A DNA stretch of 64,000 nucleotides from Octopus sinensis (GCF_006345805.1 NC_043012.1:37262001-37326000), one strand, 5' to 3'. Positions 39,152 to 52,628 are shown, counted from the stretch's first letter. Numbers and translations are program-made. Notes: a model not told the origin generated them from the letters alone.

Positions 39152-39309
39152 CAGGAATGGCTGTGTGGTAAGAAGCTGACTTCTTGACCACATCGTTCCA
39201 GGTTCAGTCCCATTGCGTGGCACCTTGGGCAAGTGTCTTCTACTATAGCCTCAGGCCAACCAAAGCCTTGTGAATGGATTTGGTAGACGGAAATTAAAAG
39301 GAGCTCGTC

Positions 39310-39395
<86 letters not shown>

Positions 39396-39625
39396 CTGTA
39401 TGTATGTATATATGTATTTGTGTGTCTGTGTTTGTCCACCCACCATTGCTTGACAACCATTGTTGGTGTGTTTACGTCCTCGTAACTTAGTGGTTCAGCA
39501 AAAGAGACCACTAGAATAAGTACTAGGCTTACAAAGAATAAGTCCTGGGATCGATTTGTTCGACTAAAGTCAATGCTCCAGCATGGCTGCAGTCAAATGA
39601 CTGAAACAAGTAAAAGAAATAGAAG
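39152..39625 (+). mobile_element. SINE family A, full length
   Basis: Head, CORE-like segment, (TA)n and tail present. Confidence 0.85.
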
Positions 39626-39744
39626 AAATATGTGTATGTATATTTGTGTTGGCCCCTTACCTTTTGACAACCATTGTTTGTTTGTTTACATCCCTATGAC
39701 TTAGTAATTATCACCAAAAGAAATCTAGAGTAGGCGCTGTGGGA

Positions 39745-39915
39745 TCACCATCATCATCATCATCACCATTTAACGTCCTCCTTCCACGCTGGCATGGGTT
39801 GGATGGTTTGACAGGAGCTGGCCAGACAGAAGCCTGCACCAGACTTCTGTGTCTCTTTTGGCAGGGTTTTTACAGGCTGGATGCCCTTCCTAACACCAAC
39901 CACCCAATAGGGTGG
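39745..39915 (-). mobile_element. SINE family C
   Basis: Family homology. Confidence 0.8.
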
Positions 39916-40524
39916 ACCAATTATATACCATAACAGAAATAGAGTATTGAAGTGTTGTATTAATAGATTATTAAGAATGTTATAGTAGAATAGTAGTACC
40001 ACTAGAGATATGATTAAAGATATAGAAGGGTAGGTACTATGAGAAGTATCATTAATAAGATATATAGTACAGTAGGTTCTATAGAAGCTATTAAAACAGA
40101 CATGGAATAGTAAGTGCGATTTGAGGTTATCGTTAAAAGGATAGTATATTCTTGATAGTTATGAGAGATATTAAAAAAATGATATATTTTTAGATAAGAA
40201 AATCTATTCTGTTTGTTTATTGTTTTAAGAATATTTTTGCATTATTTTATTATCAATATAAATGGAATATGTTTATTAATAATATAGATTAAATGTGTTT
40301 TGTATCTTGATAATTTTTACAAATGTTTCATGAAGTGGGTTTTTTTTTTTGTATTTATTAAAGAAATATTTGTCTTTGCATAATATTGGTTTGGTTCGGT
40401 TCTGAGAAATTGATTTATATTTTTTTCACTTTTATTAATTCTCACCTTACCAAATGTTGTCTCACTAAAGTTGGAAGTTATTCTATGTAAAGGAATCTTA
40501 AATATGTTAAAATCAAGAATAAAT

Positions 40525-41710
40525 ATTCTTTTCCTCTCCAGGTACAAGGCCTGAAATTTTGGGAGAGGGGGCCAGTCAATTAGATCGACCTCAGTATGCA
40601 ACTGGTACTTAATTTATTGACCCCAAAAGGATGAAAGGCAAAGTCGACCTTGGCAAAATTTGAACTCAGAATGTAAAGACAGACGAAATACCGCTTAGCA
40701 TTTTGTCTGGCGTGCTGATGTTTCTGCCAGCTCACCACCTTAAAATATTTTTTCCTACTCTAGGCACAAGGCCTGAAATTTTTGGAGAGGGGGCTAGTTG
40801 ATTACATCGACCCCAGTGCATAACTGGTACTTAATTTATTGACTCTGAAAGGATGAAAGGCAAAGTCGACCTTGGCGGAATTTGAACTCAGAACATAAAG
40901 ACTGACAAAATACCACTAAATATTTTGCCTGGTGTGCTAATGTTTCTGCCAGTTCGCCGCCTTCAAAATCAAGTATAAATATTGCAATAATAATATACAA
41001 GATAGCAAGCTGGCAGAATTGTTATCGCGCTGGGCAAAATGCTTGGCGACATTTCATTTATCTTTAAATTCTGAGTTCAAATTCCATCAAGGTTGACTTT
41101 GCCTTTCATCCTTTCAGGGTCAATAAAATAAGCACCAGTTAACCCTTTCGATACCAACACGGCTGAAACCGGTTCTGGCTCTGTAGTTCGAATATCTTGT
41201 TTCAAAAGTTTTGAATTAAAGTCTTCCACCAAACACCTTAGTCACAATTTATGTTTCTAGCACCAGCTGAATGATAACTAAGTTATTTTACTAAATTCTT
41301 TGAAAGAAACACAGTGCGTCTCAACAGAAATATGGTAACAAAATGGTTAAAATATATAATAGAGAAACAATTCTTAACCCTTTTGATACCAACCTGGCTG
41401 AAACTGGCCCTGGCTCTGAGTACAAATGTCATGTTTCCAAAAGTTTTGAATTAAAATCTTCCACCAAACTTTAGTCACAATTTATGTTGCTAACACTAGC
41501 TGAATGATAACTGAGTTATTTTACTAAATTCTTTGTTATATTTAAAATTAATTGAAAGAAACACAGAGCATCTCAACAGAAATACGGTAATGAAAGGGTT
41601 AAACACCGGTTTCAATAAAATTAGTACCAGTTAAGCACTGGGGTTGATCTAGTCAACTTACCCACCTCCTCAGGAATTGCTGGCCTTGTGCCAAATTTCA
41701 AACCAATATT
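40525..41710. mobile_element. SINE B cluster (-,-,+); the + copy is interrupted by two piggyBac-type MITEs
   Basis: The core repeats; the + copy breaks at accag|TTAA (41139) and SINE B sequence resumes after 41602. Confidence 0.85.
41139..41602. mobile_element. Two tandem piggyBac-type MITEs (41139-41350 and 41374-41602)
   Basis: Each is TTAA-CCCTTT...GGTTAA; the two are highly similar. Confidence 0.9.
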
Positions 41711-42139
41711 ACAATAATAAACGAGCATTGGATTGGTGGTAGAGTAACGAGCAAAATATCTTGTGGTATTTGATTTCTTATCTTGACACTCTGAGTTCAT
41801 TCCCTGCTGGGACCTCACATCCGCGAGAGAAGGCGTCTGTACAATAATGCCATTGAGAAGAAAGTGCCAAAGTAGTGCACATTCTCTCTAGACGATCCCT
41901 TAAGTCTGCTAATATCTGGTATGTGGAATTTGTAACTAGTAGCATCAGCGCCTGAAAGTTGTTTGCATAGAAAACATGGTATTTTGGATTATTTTCTAGG
42001 ATCTGAATCTTGAATTAAAATTTTTTAGTCAACTCATTAACATAATTATGTTAATGTCATCATCATAGTTAAACGATTATCCTTTTTTAGTCGTTAGACT
42101 GCAGCTTTTCTGAGGAACTGCTTTGGAAAGTTTTTAGTT

Positions 42140-42440
42140 GAACTGTTCAACCCCAGTACATATTTCAAAAAATTTAAAACCTGGTATTTATTCTGTCAGT
42201 CTCTTTTGCTGAACCATCAAGTTACGGGGATGTAAACACATCAGTACCAGTTGTCAAATAATGGTGGGGGGGGGGGGAACAAATACACACACACACACAG
42301 AGGCTTTTTTCAGTTTCCATTTATCCAATTCATTCACAAAGCTTTGGTTGGCCCGAGGCTATAGAAGAAGACACTTGCCCAAGGTGCCACACAGTGGGAC
42401 TGAACCTAGAACCATGCAGTTGGGGGGCAAGCTTCTTACT
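42140..42440 (-). mobile_element. SINE family A
   Basis: Homology to the family. Confidence 0.8.
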
Positions 42441-43959
42441 ACACACACGCACACACACACACATGTATATCTGGACTCACTTGACATCTCATTAATTTTC
42501 TTTCGGAACAAACTCTTCCCCAGTTGATTATTATTATTATTATTATTATTAATATTAATATTGCAGACGTATTCTCTTTATTCAAAGTTCAAAGAGTATT
42601 TCATCACACCTGCACTCGTTGCCGATCAATAAAAGACGGAATCGGGCTTCAATCAACAAAAATCTATCATAGGAATAAGACTCAAAGTTATCTATAGACA
42701 ACCACTACAACATCAAAAGTAAAATAAAATAACCCTGGTGACCCGACCTCCCTTATCCCCCCCCCCCCACATCTTCAAATTAATTCCTATTTCGGTTTCG
42801 CTTGTTTTTATTTATTTCTTGTTTTCCTATTTTAATATTTCTGTCTGTTTTTTGAAAACTAGAAGAGAACTGAATGGTAATTATTGATCTCAGTTTGTTT
42901 ACCTCATCTTTTGGGGGGTTCAATACCATTACATCTCTCGGAATATTCTTCAACTACCATTCATTCTAGAATATTCCTTCATTTTTCTGACTGGTTTCAG
43001 CAATTGGATTGCTGCCAAACTGGAACATCACCCTCCAGGGCTTTCAAGGATCATTTGGGCCCCGGTACTTGTTTCAGTATGCGAATGTGTGTGCGTGTGT
43101 AGAAATAATGGGTGTGTGTGTGTGTAGAAATAATGTATAGGGTGTGTGTGTGTAGAAATAATATATAGTGTGTGTGTAGAAATATATAGATTATATGTAT
43201 GTGTAGGGTCTACAGGTGTGTGTGTGTGTGTGTCTCCCATCAGCTCTTGACAGCTGGTGTTGATTTGTTTACTTCTCTGTAACTTAGCAGTTTGACAAAA
43301 GGTGACCTCAGAATTAGTACCAGGTTTAGAAAAAAAGAAAGGAAACAAGTGCTGGGGCTGATTTGTTTGACTAAACCTTTCAAGGCAATGCCCCAGCATG
43401 GCCACAATTCAATTACTGAAAAAAGAAAGTGAAAGACGAAGGATGTTTCTGTTTGTGCAGTTGGTGTCAGTGTGTTTGCTGTGATGCTTTGAAAGCATGT
43501 CCGGACAGGGTGTAATGATATTGAAACCCAAAAGCTGAGATCAATAGACGGAGATCAATAATTATCATTAGGCTCTCCTCTAGTCTTCAAAAAGCAAGGG
43601 GGTGGGGAATCAGGTGCAGTCTCAGGAATTTTTCGAAGAGAGGCACAAGGTCAGAAGGGAATACAATTCCGGGAAGAAAGGGCATTAATAACATTATTTA
43701 GCAGGGCATATTTCTTTTCTTGAGGAGGGCATGTGCCCCTCAGGATCTCCCCTCCTCCCTGGGTCTGCCACTGGAAATATTACTTTGCTTGGAAACAGGT
43801 GAGGCCTGGTGATAGGAAAGGTGTCCACCCATAGAAAGTTCTGCTTCAACAACGTCTTGTATTATGCATGTAAGTAAGGGAAGAAAGTAAGCATTAAGAC
43901 AATGATGATGATGGTTCTGAGAGAGCCGTTATGGTAATGTTGATGTATCACTGCTACCA

Positions 43960-44260
43960 TGACAACCAACGTTATTTCGCTCATCGCTACGTTCTGAGTT
44001 AAAATTCCACTGAGGTCAACTTTTCCTGTCATCCTTTCGGGGTTCATAAAATAAGTACCAGTTACACACTGGGGGTCAATGTAATTGATTAATCCCCTCC
44101 AACCAAATTTCAAGGCCCTGTGCCTTCAGTAGAAAGGATTATTATTGTTATTATTTTAGGTGGCAACCTGGCAGAATCGTTAGCATGGTGGGCGAAATGC
44201 TTTGCGGCACTTCGTCCACCTTTACGTTCTGAGTTCATATTCTGCTGAGATCAACTTTGC
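43960..44260 (+). mobile_element. Two SINE B copies (second truncated)
   Basis: Core homology and an (ATT)n linker. Confidence 0.8.
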
Positions 44261-44371
44261 ACAGATGCCTTTATTCAGGCAACTTGTCTGGTTTGTTATT
44301 CATCAATGTTGATAAACCCAGTTATGTTTTTAAAATTTGATCACTTTCATAAATGTTACTGTGCAAATGAT

Positions 44372-44435
<64 letters not shown>

Positions 44436-44731
44436 CATTATAGATTAAAGTTTGATACAAACCAGATAGAAAGAAGAAAGAAGAGTGTGAGGCGGAGACA
44501 ACAGCGAGACAGAAAGAAAAAGAAGGAAAGAGAAAAAATGGGAAAGTAAGAGAGAGAGAGAGAGAGAGAGAGACTGAGAGAAGGAGCCATCAGTGTTTAT
44601 GTAAGAAAAAGACAAAACAAAAGGTTATCTCTCTCTCTCTCTTTTTTCTATCTGTCCATCCATCCATCCATGTCTGTCTGTCTGTCTGTCCGTTTATCTA
44701 ATTAGCAATATTGGTTTTTGTTAAATTTTAG

Positions 44732-44906
44732 GTTCACATAAAAGATTTGCTGGCTCAAACATGCCACATTGATGCTGATGAGAATGCCGAAATTATCGTC
44801 TATGACCAATGCACTGAGGAACCAGCCTATTTGACGGGAGACAATTTCTTGGTTGTATTACTGCAAAAACTTTCTTCTGCCTACAAAAGTGTCACACTTC
44901 TAAAAG
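44732..44906 (+). CDS. DUSP8/16: Third coding exon: rhodanese C-terminal half, VHIKDLLAQTCHIDADENAEIIVYDQCTEEPAYLTGDNFLVVLLQKLSSAYKSVTLLK(G)
   Basis: Acceptor tttttgttaaattttag and donor AAAG|GTAAGT; 175 bp, phase 0/1, splitting the first Gly of the expected GGF motif. Matches DUSP16 'VVVYDQ...DCFLTVLLGKLEKSFNSVHLLAG'. Confidence 0.95.
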
Positions 44907-44979
44907 GTAAGTGCAATCCTAAATTTGTCTCTTTCTCTCTCTCCCTCTTTTTTTATATTTCCTACTTACAGGATTAATT

Positions 44980-45010
<31 letters not shown>

Positions 45011-45469
45011 TAATAATGATAATATTGTAATCCATTTATAAAAATGCTTTAAATAAATCTTTTATCCTTTAAATGGTATCTTGAAAATGATTTGCCTAAT
45101 TAGATTACATATTAGCTAATGATTTTTATTATTATTTATGATTAATAATAATAATAATAATGATAATAATAATGAGGATGATGTTAATGATAAAAATAAT
45201 AATGCTTTCGTTATTAACCACAAGGGTTATTAACGAAAAGATTGGGAACTGTACAGAATGATACAGAATGAGGAGATTATGTAAAATGTGAGGGAAAATA
45301 AAAGATGACAAAACTAAAACAAAAAGTTTGGAGTAGGAAGACCACCAAGGGATAATAATAATAATAATAATAATAATAAGACTATATAGGACCGAGGTAA
45401 CTCATCCAGAAGTTATACACAAATACACATGGTATGGCACTCTAATAATGATAATAATAATAATAATAA

Positions 45470-45890
45470 TTTTTTCTACTGGAGCACAAGGTGTGAAATT
45501 TTAGGGACAGGAGCTAATTGATTACATTGGCCCCACTACTCATCTGGTACTTATTCCATTGGCTTCAAAAGAATGAAACTTCAGCAGCGTTTCAACTTGG
45601 AACATGAAGGCAAATGAAATGCTGCTAAGCCACCTTAATAATGATAATAATGATAATGATAATAGAGCTGGCCAAGGTAGCAGCTGGCCGAATCATTAGC
45701 ACACTGGACAAAATGCTTGGCAGTGTTTTGTTTGTCTTTATGTTCTGAGTTCAAATGCTGCCAAAGGTCGATTTTGCCTTTCATCCTTTTGGGGGTTGAT
45801 AAAATAAATATCAGTTGAGCACTGGGGTCAATGTAATTGACTTAGCCCTTCTCCCCAAATTTGCTGGCCCTTTGCCTAAATTTGAAGCCA
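45470..45890. mobile_element. Head-to-head SINE B pair (- then +)
   Basis: The core occurs in opposite orientations. Confidence 0.7.
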
Positions 45891-45924
45891 TTGGTAATAT
45901 TGTTATTTAAATATCTTATTTGCT

Positions 45925-46298
45925 AGGAATGGCTGTGTGGTAAGTAGCTTGCTTACTAACCACATGGTTTTAGGTTCAGTCCCACTGCGTGACACCTTAA
46001 GCAAGTGTCTTCTACTATAGCCTCGGGTTGACCAAAGCCTTGTGAGTGGATTTGGTAGACAGAAACTGAAAGAAGCCTGTCGTGTATGTGTGTGTGTGTG
46101 TTTGTCCCCCCCCCCCCATTATCACTTGACAACCAATGTTGGTGTGTCTACATCCTCGTAGCTTAGCAGTTCGGCAAAAGAGATTCATAGAATAAGTACT
46201 AAGCTTACAAAGAATTTTATTGATTTGTTGATTTGTTTGACTAAAAGGTGGTGCCCCAGCATGGCCGCAATCAAATGACTGAAATGAGTCTAAGAGTA
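45925..46298 (+). mobile_element. SINE family A, full length
   Basis: Homology to the family. Confidence 0.85.
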
Positions 46299-46987
46299 AT
46301 CATGAATGAGAGAGTAAATAAAGGTTGTTTACGAACAGGAACTACAGAAGGTCTTTGTCTCCTGTTATTTTGTTCCTTGTAGTAAATACAGCTCGTCTCT
46401 CTCTCCATTGTTCGTTTACATTGAAACTAGTGGGTCAGTGTTTTGTAGGTGGCAGTAGTGAAGTGCGCTTGTGGCATGGGTGAATAGCAGGCACGGTCGT
46501 GAGTAATTACTCAGGGTAGGCAGTTGATGACGTTTATGTAGTAAAACACACACACAAAAAAAATAATAAGTGAAACACAGGCATGCGACTGAGTTGAAGG
46601 CAGATTTACTTCTGCCTTTATAGTGTGTATAGAAAACATTGTTGTAGGAGTGTACGCAGCATGTGTACTACAGTAGTACTATGCGTAGCTTTAATACTGA
46701 GATTGAAAAGCAGGGGTGAATTATGCCTACCTAATCTACAAAAAAATGAAATATTTTGTATTTTATGCATAATAACCAGAGTAACCTTCATAATTTTATT
46801 GAATTTGGTGCATATTTTGTCATACAAGGGAAATGTTGCTATCGATCTATTTTATTCAAGGTAGGCACTGCCTACCTTGCCTACCCAGGTGGCACGACGT
46901 CCCTGGCAGGTAGTTAAGAAATTCACTTGACCACGATTGGGGTTCGGTGTGAGTGTGTGCCATCTGAGAACCCAGTGTCTTTTAGCG

Positions 46988-47112
46988 AAGCCATGAGTCA
47001 GCCCAAGCCATGAGTCAGCCCAAGGTTTGGTGGGGGCCGTGTGGGATGGGTTGTACCTGTAATTCAATAGGTTATTGTCTTGTCACACACCACACTGAGT
47101 CAAGGTGAGTCA
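46988..47112. promoter_or_regulatory. Homotypic AP-1 site cluster (four TGAGTCA)
   Basis: TGAGTCA at 46994, 47011, 47096 and 47106. The first two lie in a perfect 17-bp tandem duplication. Confidence 0.55.
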
Positions 47113-47139
47113 TGCTTATTCTTCCTGAGAACTTCTCAG

Positions 47140-47251
47140 CCACATTGTTCTGGGTTCACTCTCATTGAATGGCACCCGAGGCAAGTCTCCTACTATAGCT
47201 CCAGGCTGACCAAGCCCTTGGGAGTGGATCTTGTTGACAGAAAGAAGCCTG

Positions 47252-47293
<42 letters not shown>

Positions 47294-47445
47294 ATTGCAC
47301 ACACATGTATGTATATATATATATATCTGTGTGTGTCTTTGTGTTTGTCCCCACCACTACATGGCAACAAGCGATGGGTTGTGTATGTTCCCTTAACTTA
47401 GCTGTTTGGCAAGAAGAGACCGATACAATAAGTACCAGACATATT
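47140..47445 (+). mobile_element. SINE family A, degenerate
   Basis: ggcacccgaggcaagtctcctactatagc...gagaccgatacaataagtacc. Confidence 0.7.
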
Positions 47446-49143
47446 TTAACTAACCTGCAATTCATTTATTGTATAGAGTTTTTGTTTAGCCCTGGGTTCG
47501 TCCTGATGGTGCAGATTGATGATTAACAGTTTTCCATCCATGGCCATCCCGTATTTCATTAAGAAATACTGTCTTTAAGCCTACACTACCTGTTCTGTCC
47601 TACCTTCCGGTTTTTTTTTTTTTTTTAATTTCTAAGGCAATAGGGTATATGATTTAATAGCTATTTGGCTGTGATTACTAGTAGATCTGGTGACCAGGTG
47701 AAGGAGACACTCTGTTTAGCTCTCAGTCAGTTAAAGTGATTAAGAACACATCATTTGGAAATGTTAAATCATAATTGCTCGTTTTTCAACATCGAAATGT
47801 TTTGTTCTGAACTGCTGGAAAGTTAGTCGCAGAGCTGTCTTTAAAGGTTAAGAATTCTTACTATTGAGAAATGAGAAAAGAAAAGGAAAAACTCAAGGAA
47901 AGAGAAGATATTTCTCAAATGGATTTTGGATTATTTTTTAATTTTTTTTATTTGTGAAGCATAAGTTAACTAGAAATCTTAATTCCCAATTTTATTTCTC
48001 TTTTTATTTTGACATTCTTCCCTAATTTAGCCTGACTGATTTTAATTAATATTCTTAATAATTTTACTATGAAAATGAAAATGAGTTTCTTTGCATTGTT
48101 AACCTCAGTATATAACTGGTAATTTAACAGATTACTGACCTGAGCATAAAATAAAGGCTACGATGACTCAGACAGCATATGACCTTGACATTTATTATTG
48201 CCGCCATCTTATAGAAATTCTTCTCAAATCCTCATTAAATGGTTCCTGCCAAAGTAGTTTTTCTCTGTTTTTAGCGGAGAAGGACAAACATTGAGGATTC
48301 AATCAACTTTAAATATCGCTCGGAAAGTGATATTGATTTTTTCCTCCTACTTTGATTTTCTTCCAATCAGTTCACCATTATTTATTGGTTCTTTCATGTA
48401 TTCCTCGTCTTTTATGCCTTCTCGTGCTACACTTTGTTTCCGATGCTATTTATTTACATAATTTTTCAAGACTTCTTTTTTCCCTTATTATTTCAAGTAA
48501 TGCACGTGGAAAAAATAATTTGTCTTCTTTCTTTACTGAGCTGAACGAAATCATGTAAATCTTTTAGTTTTTCTTCTTCCTTCCTTCCCAAGGCTACTGT
48601 ACAGTTACTAACCTCATAGAACAAGTCTTAATTATTCTCATTCTAATCACCAACAATTGTTGTGCATCACTTAATAATGGCAGACTTATTCTATTGTCTG
48701 GTTTGGCACCATCACCTGCTGCTAAACCAGGTACCTTTAGCATTTTTGTTGCAAATAGGCCTGAGCAGAGGGCAGTCTGGTTGATTCCGTTCTGACATGG
48801 TCATCTGCCCAAGTTAGTGGCACAGGGACGACTCTTTAGTAAAGAATTCCCAATTTTATAAACCATTCGTATTCTTATATTCTGTTCCATTACTTACAAA
48901 ACTTTATATACATTGCATGTGTGTATGCATGCATGAATGCACATCAGTAACCTGTACACGAATCACGTGTATTTAAATTTAACCCTGATTATTAAAATAT
49001 AGAATGAATATTTAGAAACGGGGCCTAAATTTCACAGCTAGCCTGATCCTGTTATCAGCTTTTAACAGGTTTTGTTGCACATACTGGGGCTAGATCTATC
49101 TCTGCAGTTGATTTCTCTCCATATATATGTGTGTATGTATGTA

Positions 49144-49189
<46 letters not shown>

Positions 49190-49980
49190 TATAAGAAATC
49201 ATCTATCTATCTAATTATAATATTATCATATTATAATTTATTATAATTTATACAACTTCTGTGCCCTGTCCACACCAGCCTGTCATTGCTCCATTCCTGT
49301 GGATACTCTTACAAAGATTTGGAGCCAAGTCTAAAATTCTAAACAAAGCATGAAATATATCTTTTACCTGTTTCACTTATTAGACTGTGCCCATGCTGAG
49401 GCAATATATATTTTTATTGCAGAAATTAAGGAAATCTCAAATTCAGGTAAATAAGGTATGAAAATAGCTTAGAAGATTGGGTAAAAATACCCTTATGAGG
49501 TGGGTGGTGAGGGGCTGGTTGGTTCAAAGCTGGAATTTGAGGGGTAAAATTGAGGGGCTTACTGGTCACTTTTTATCCATCTTAGAAGGGGTTTTTTTAC
49601 CTGATCTTTTAAGCTGTTTTCACAGCCATTTTCTTGCATTCGAGATTTCTGTAATTTCTAAATTAAAACTACCAACTTATTTGACACCTTGATGTTGATT
49701 TATAAAACTCTCTCTCTGTGTATGTGTAGTATATATATGTATATATATCTTTATATATATATATCTTTATATATATATATTTATATATATATATACACAT
49801 GTACATATTGATAGATGAAGGTGCATGGCCTAGCAGTTAGGGCGTTGAGCTCATGATCATAAAGTCATAGGTTCGATTCCTGTATTGGGCAGTGTACTGT
49901 ATCTTTGAGCAGGGCACATCATTTCACGTTACAACTCAGACTATTCATAGGTCACACATTGACGACTGTTTTTCATGCAT

Positions 49981-50110
49981 TGATTGTATTGAGTAATTGA
50001 GTAATGACTAAGGATTGATTGTATTGGGTAATTGAGTTATGACTAAGGATTGATCGTATTAGGTAATTGACTAATGGTTGTTTGTATTGGGTAGCTGAGT
50101 AACAACTACT
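49981..50110. repeat. 35-bp tandem repeat (tgattgtattgggtaattgagttatgactaaggat)
   Basis: Units at 49981, 50016 and 50051, then degenerating. Confidence 0.8.
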
Positions 50111-50300
50111 GAGTAAAGACTAGTAATCATTCATATTTGGTAGTTAGGTAGTGACCAGTAATCATTGTAGCTTCTGATTGACCATCTGAAGGCTGACCAG
50201 TGGCATTGTGTCCGTGTACTGAGAGGCTGAGTACAATGTACTTTGACTGCACCTTTTCTGCCTATGTGTATCTCGGCATATTTACTACGCTGAAAATGTA

Positions 50301-50532
50301 TACTCTTTACTCTTTTACTTGTTTCAGTCATTTGACTGCGGCCATGCTGGAGCACCGCCTTTAGTCGAGCAATTCGACCCCGGGACCTATTCTTTGTAAG
50401 CCCAGTACTTATTCTATCGGTCTCTTTTGCCGAACCGCTAAGTGTCGGGGACGTAAACACACCAGCATCGGTTGTCAAGCAATGCTAGGGGGACAAACAC
50501 AGACACACAAACATATACACACACACTTATAT

Positions 50533-50597
<65 letters not shown>

Positions 50598-50762
50598 TAC
50601 AACAGGCTTCTTTCAGTTTCTGTCTACCAAATCCACTCACAAGGCATTGGTTGGCCGGGGCTGTAGCAGAAGACATTTGCCCAAGATGCCACGCAGTGGG
50701 ACTGAACCCGGAACCATGTGGTTGGTTAGCAAGCTACTTACCACACAGCCACTCCTGTGCCT
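50301..50762 (-). mobile_element. SINE family A, young copy
   Basis: Near-consensus sequence with CpGs retained. Confidence 0.9.
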
Positions 50763-52151
50763 ATGTCTTCAGTTTGTTTTTTGTTTTTTTTTTCATGATG
50801 TTGGTCTGCTCAAAAAGAGCTAATTAGTGCTATTAAACAACATCAATCAACATTAGCAGCAATGGCACCACCACCACCACCACCACTTAATCCCGATTCA
50901 AGGTCTTTATCAATAAAGATTTCGGCAACCATTCCTTTTTATGGGATTATTTCCTTCCAACAGGAAGCAATCGTCTGAAGAAACCAAAGCAAACATGAAT
51001 CTGTTTCTTTTCATTTTGTGTTTGTTGTTTTGTTAATGATATTTTGTTCTTTTAATTAAAGCTAAATAAATGCTGCTATAAGTTTATAAAATTACTTGAA
51101 ATAATGAATTCTTTGTATGCTAAAAAAAAAAAATGATGCAAAAAAATAGAATAAACTAAAACTGAGCAAGGATTATATCCGTGGATGGCTTTGTTAATCT
51201 CTCTGGATTAGCGAAGTCTTTACGTCAGCAAAACTGATTATTTGCTTGAAAAAACTTGCTTCTGGCATTAAATAGAAATTGAGAAATGTCGGCGCCTTTA
51301 TTGCAGTTGAGGAACTGGTTAATCTGAAAAAGGCTAACAGATAGGTGAAGTAAGGGCCAAAAATGGAAGGGCTCTTGATTTTAAGGTCTGCAGCACACTT
51401 TAAAATCCTTCCTCACCATCATCGTTGTAATGATATATCCTTGGGCTAGGCATTGGTATAGAGAGCTTTTGGTTTGGTTAAGCTGATGTCAAAGGTTCAA
51501 CTCCATGACTCATTCAAGAAAAAGACGATAAAGAAAACAACAAAAAGTGAACAAACAAAACCAAAAAAAAAATTACTGTTGCTAATTATAACTGGAGACA
51601 TTTTGTTTGGGGTTTGTATCAGATATTGTCTTCTGTGAGAACATTATGTTTCTTGTTTGTGCCACCACCACCACCACCACCACCACCACCACCACCACCA
51701 CCACCACCATCACCACCACCACCATCATAATCGTCATCATAACTATATAACCACCAATGCCCAGTTTATGAATTATAATTACTTCAATTATCAGGTTGTT
51801 AATGAAAACTTATAAATCAATGTGTTTCTCTGTCTTTCTTTTCTTCCATTCCTCTTGTAATCTTTCCTCCTTTCTTCCTTTTTCTACTTATGGTGACTCA
51901 ACCACTTTTCCTGATCATTGAAAGAGATATATCTAACGTTCGCTGTTCAAATGAAATCTTTTATCTGCTCTGTGTATCATATTTACAGTTTTCCTACTTA
52001 CAACTACCTCGCTTAGTTTCTTAAACAATTCGCTCTGAATATCTGGTTTCTGGTGGACTCTTCTGAGTGTCCTAACTCACTGGACATGTATTTTGGACTT
52101 CTAATTGCTGGCGTCTTTAAATGAGCGAGCTGACTGGACATCTCTAGCCAC

Positions 52152-52323
52152 GGGCATGGCTGTGTGGTAAAAACTTTGCCTCCCAACCACATGGTTCCTG
52201 GTTCAGTCCCACTGCGTGGCGCCTTGGGCAAGTGTCTTCTACTATAGCTTCGGGCTTACCAAAGCCTTCTGAGTGGATTTGGTAGATGGAAACTGAAAGA
52301 AGTCCATCGTATATATGTGTGTG

Positions 52324-52380
<57 letters not shown>

Positions 52381-52592
52381 ATATGTATGTATGTATGTAT
52401 GTGTGTCTGTATTTGTCCTCCCAACATCGATTGACAACTAACGGTGGTGTGTTTACGTCCCCGTATCTTAGCGGTTCGGCAAAAGAGACCGATAGAATAA
52501 ATACTAAGCTTCCAAAGAATAAGTCCTGGGGTTGATTTGCTCGACTAAAGGTGGTGCTCCAGCATGGCTGCAGTCAAATGACTGAAACAAGT

Positions 52593-52600
<8 letters not shown>
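52152..52600 (+). mobile_element. SINE family A, full length
   Basis: Homology to the family; the tail runs into (GA)n. Confidence 0.88.

Positions 52601-52628
<28 letters not shown>

Noticed and set aside
45925-45995. tRNA-like heads with A/B boxes at SINE 5' ends
   Set aside because: They continue into SINE bodies and lack a complete cloverleaf, so they are not tRNA genes.
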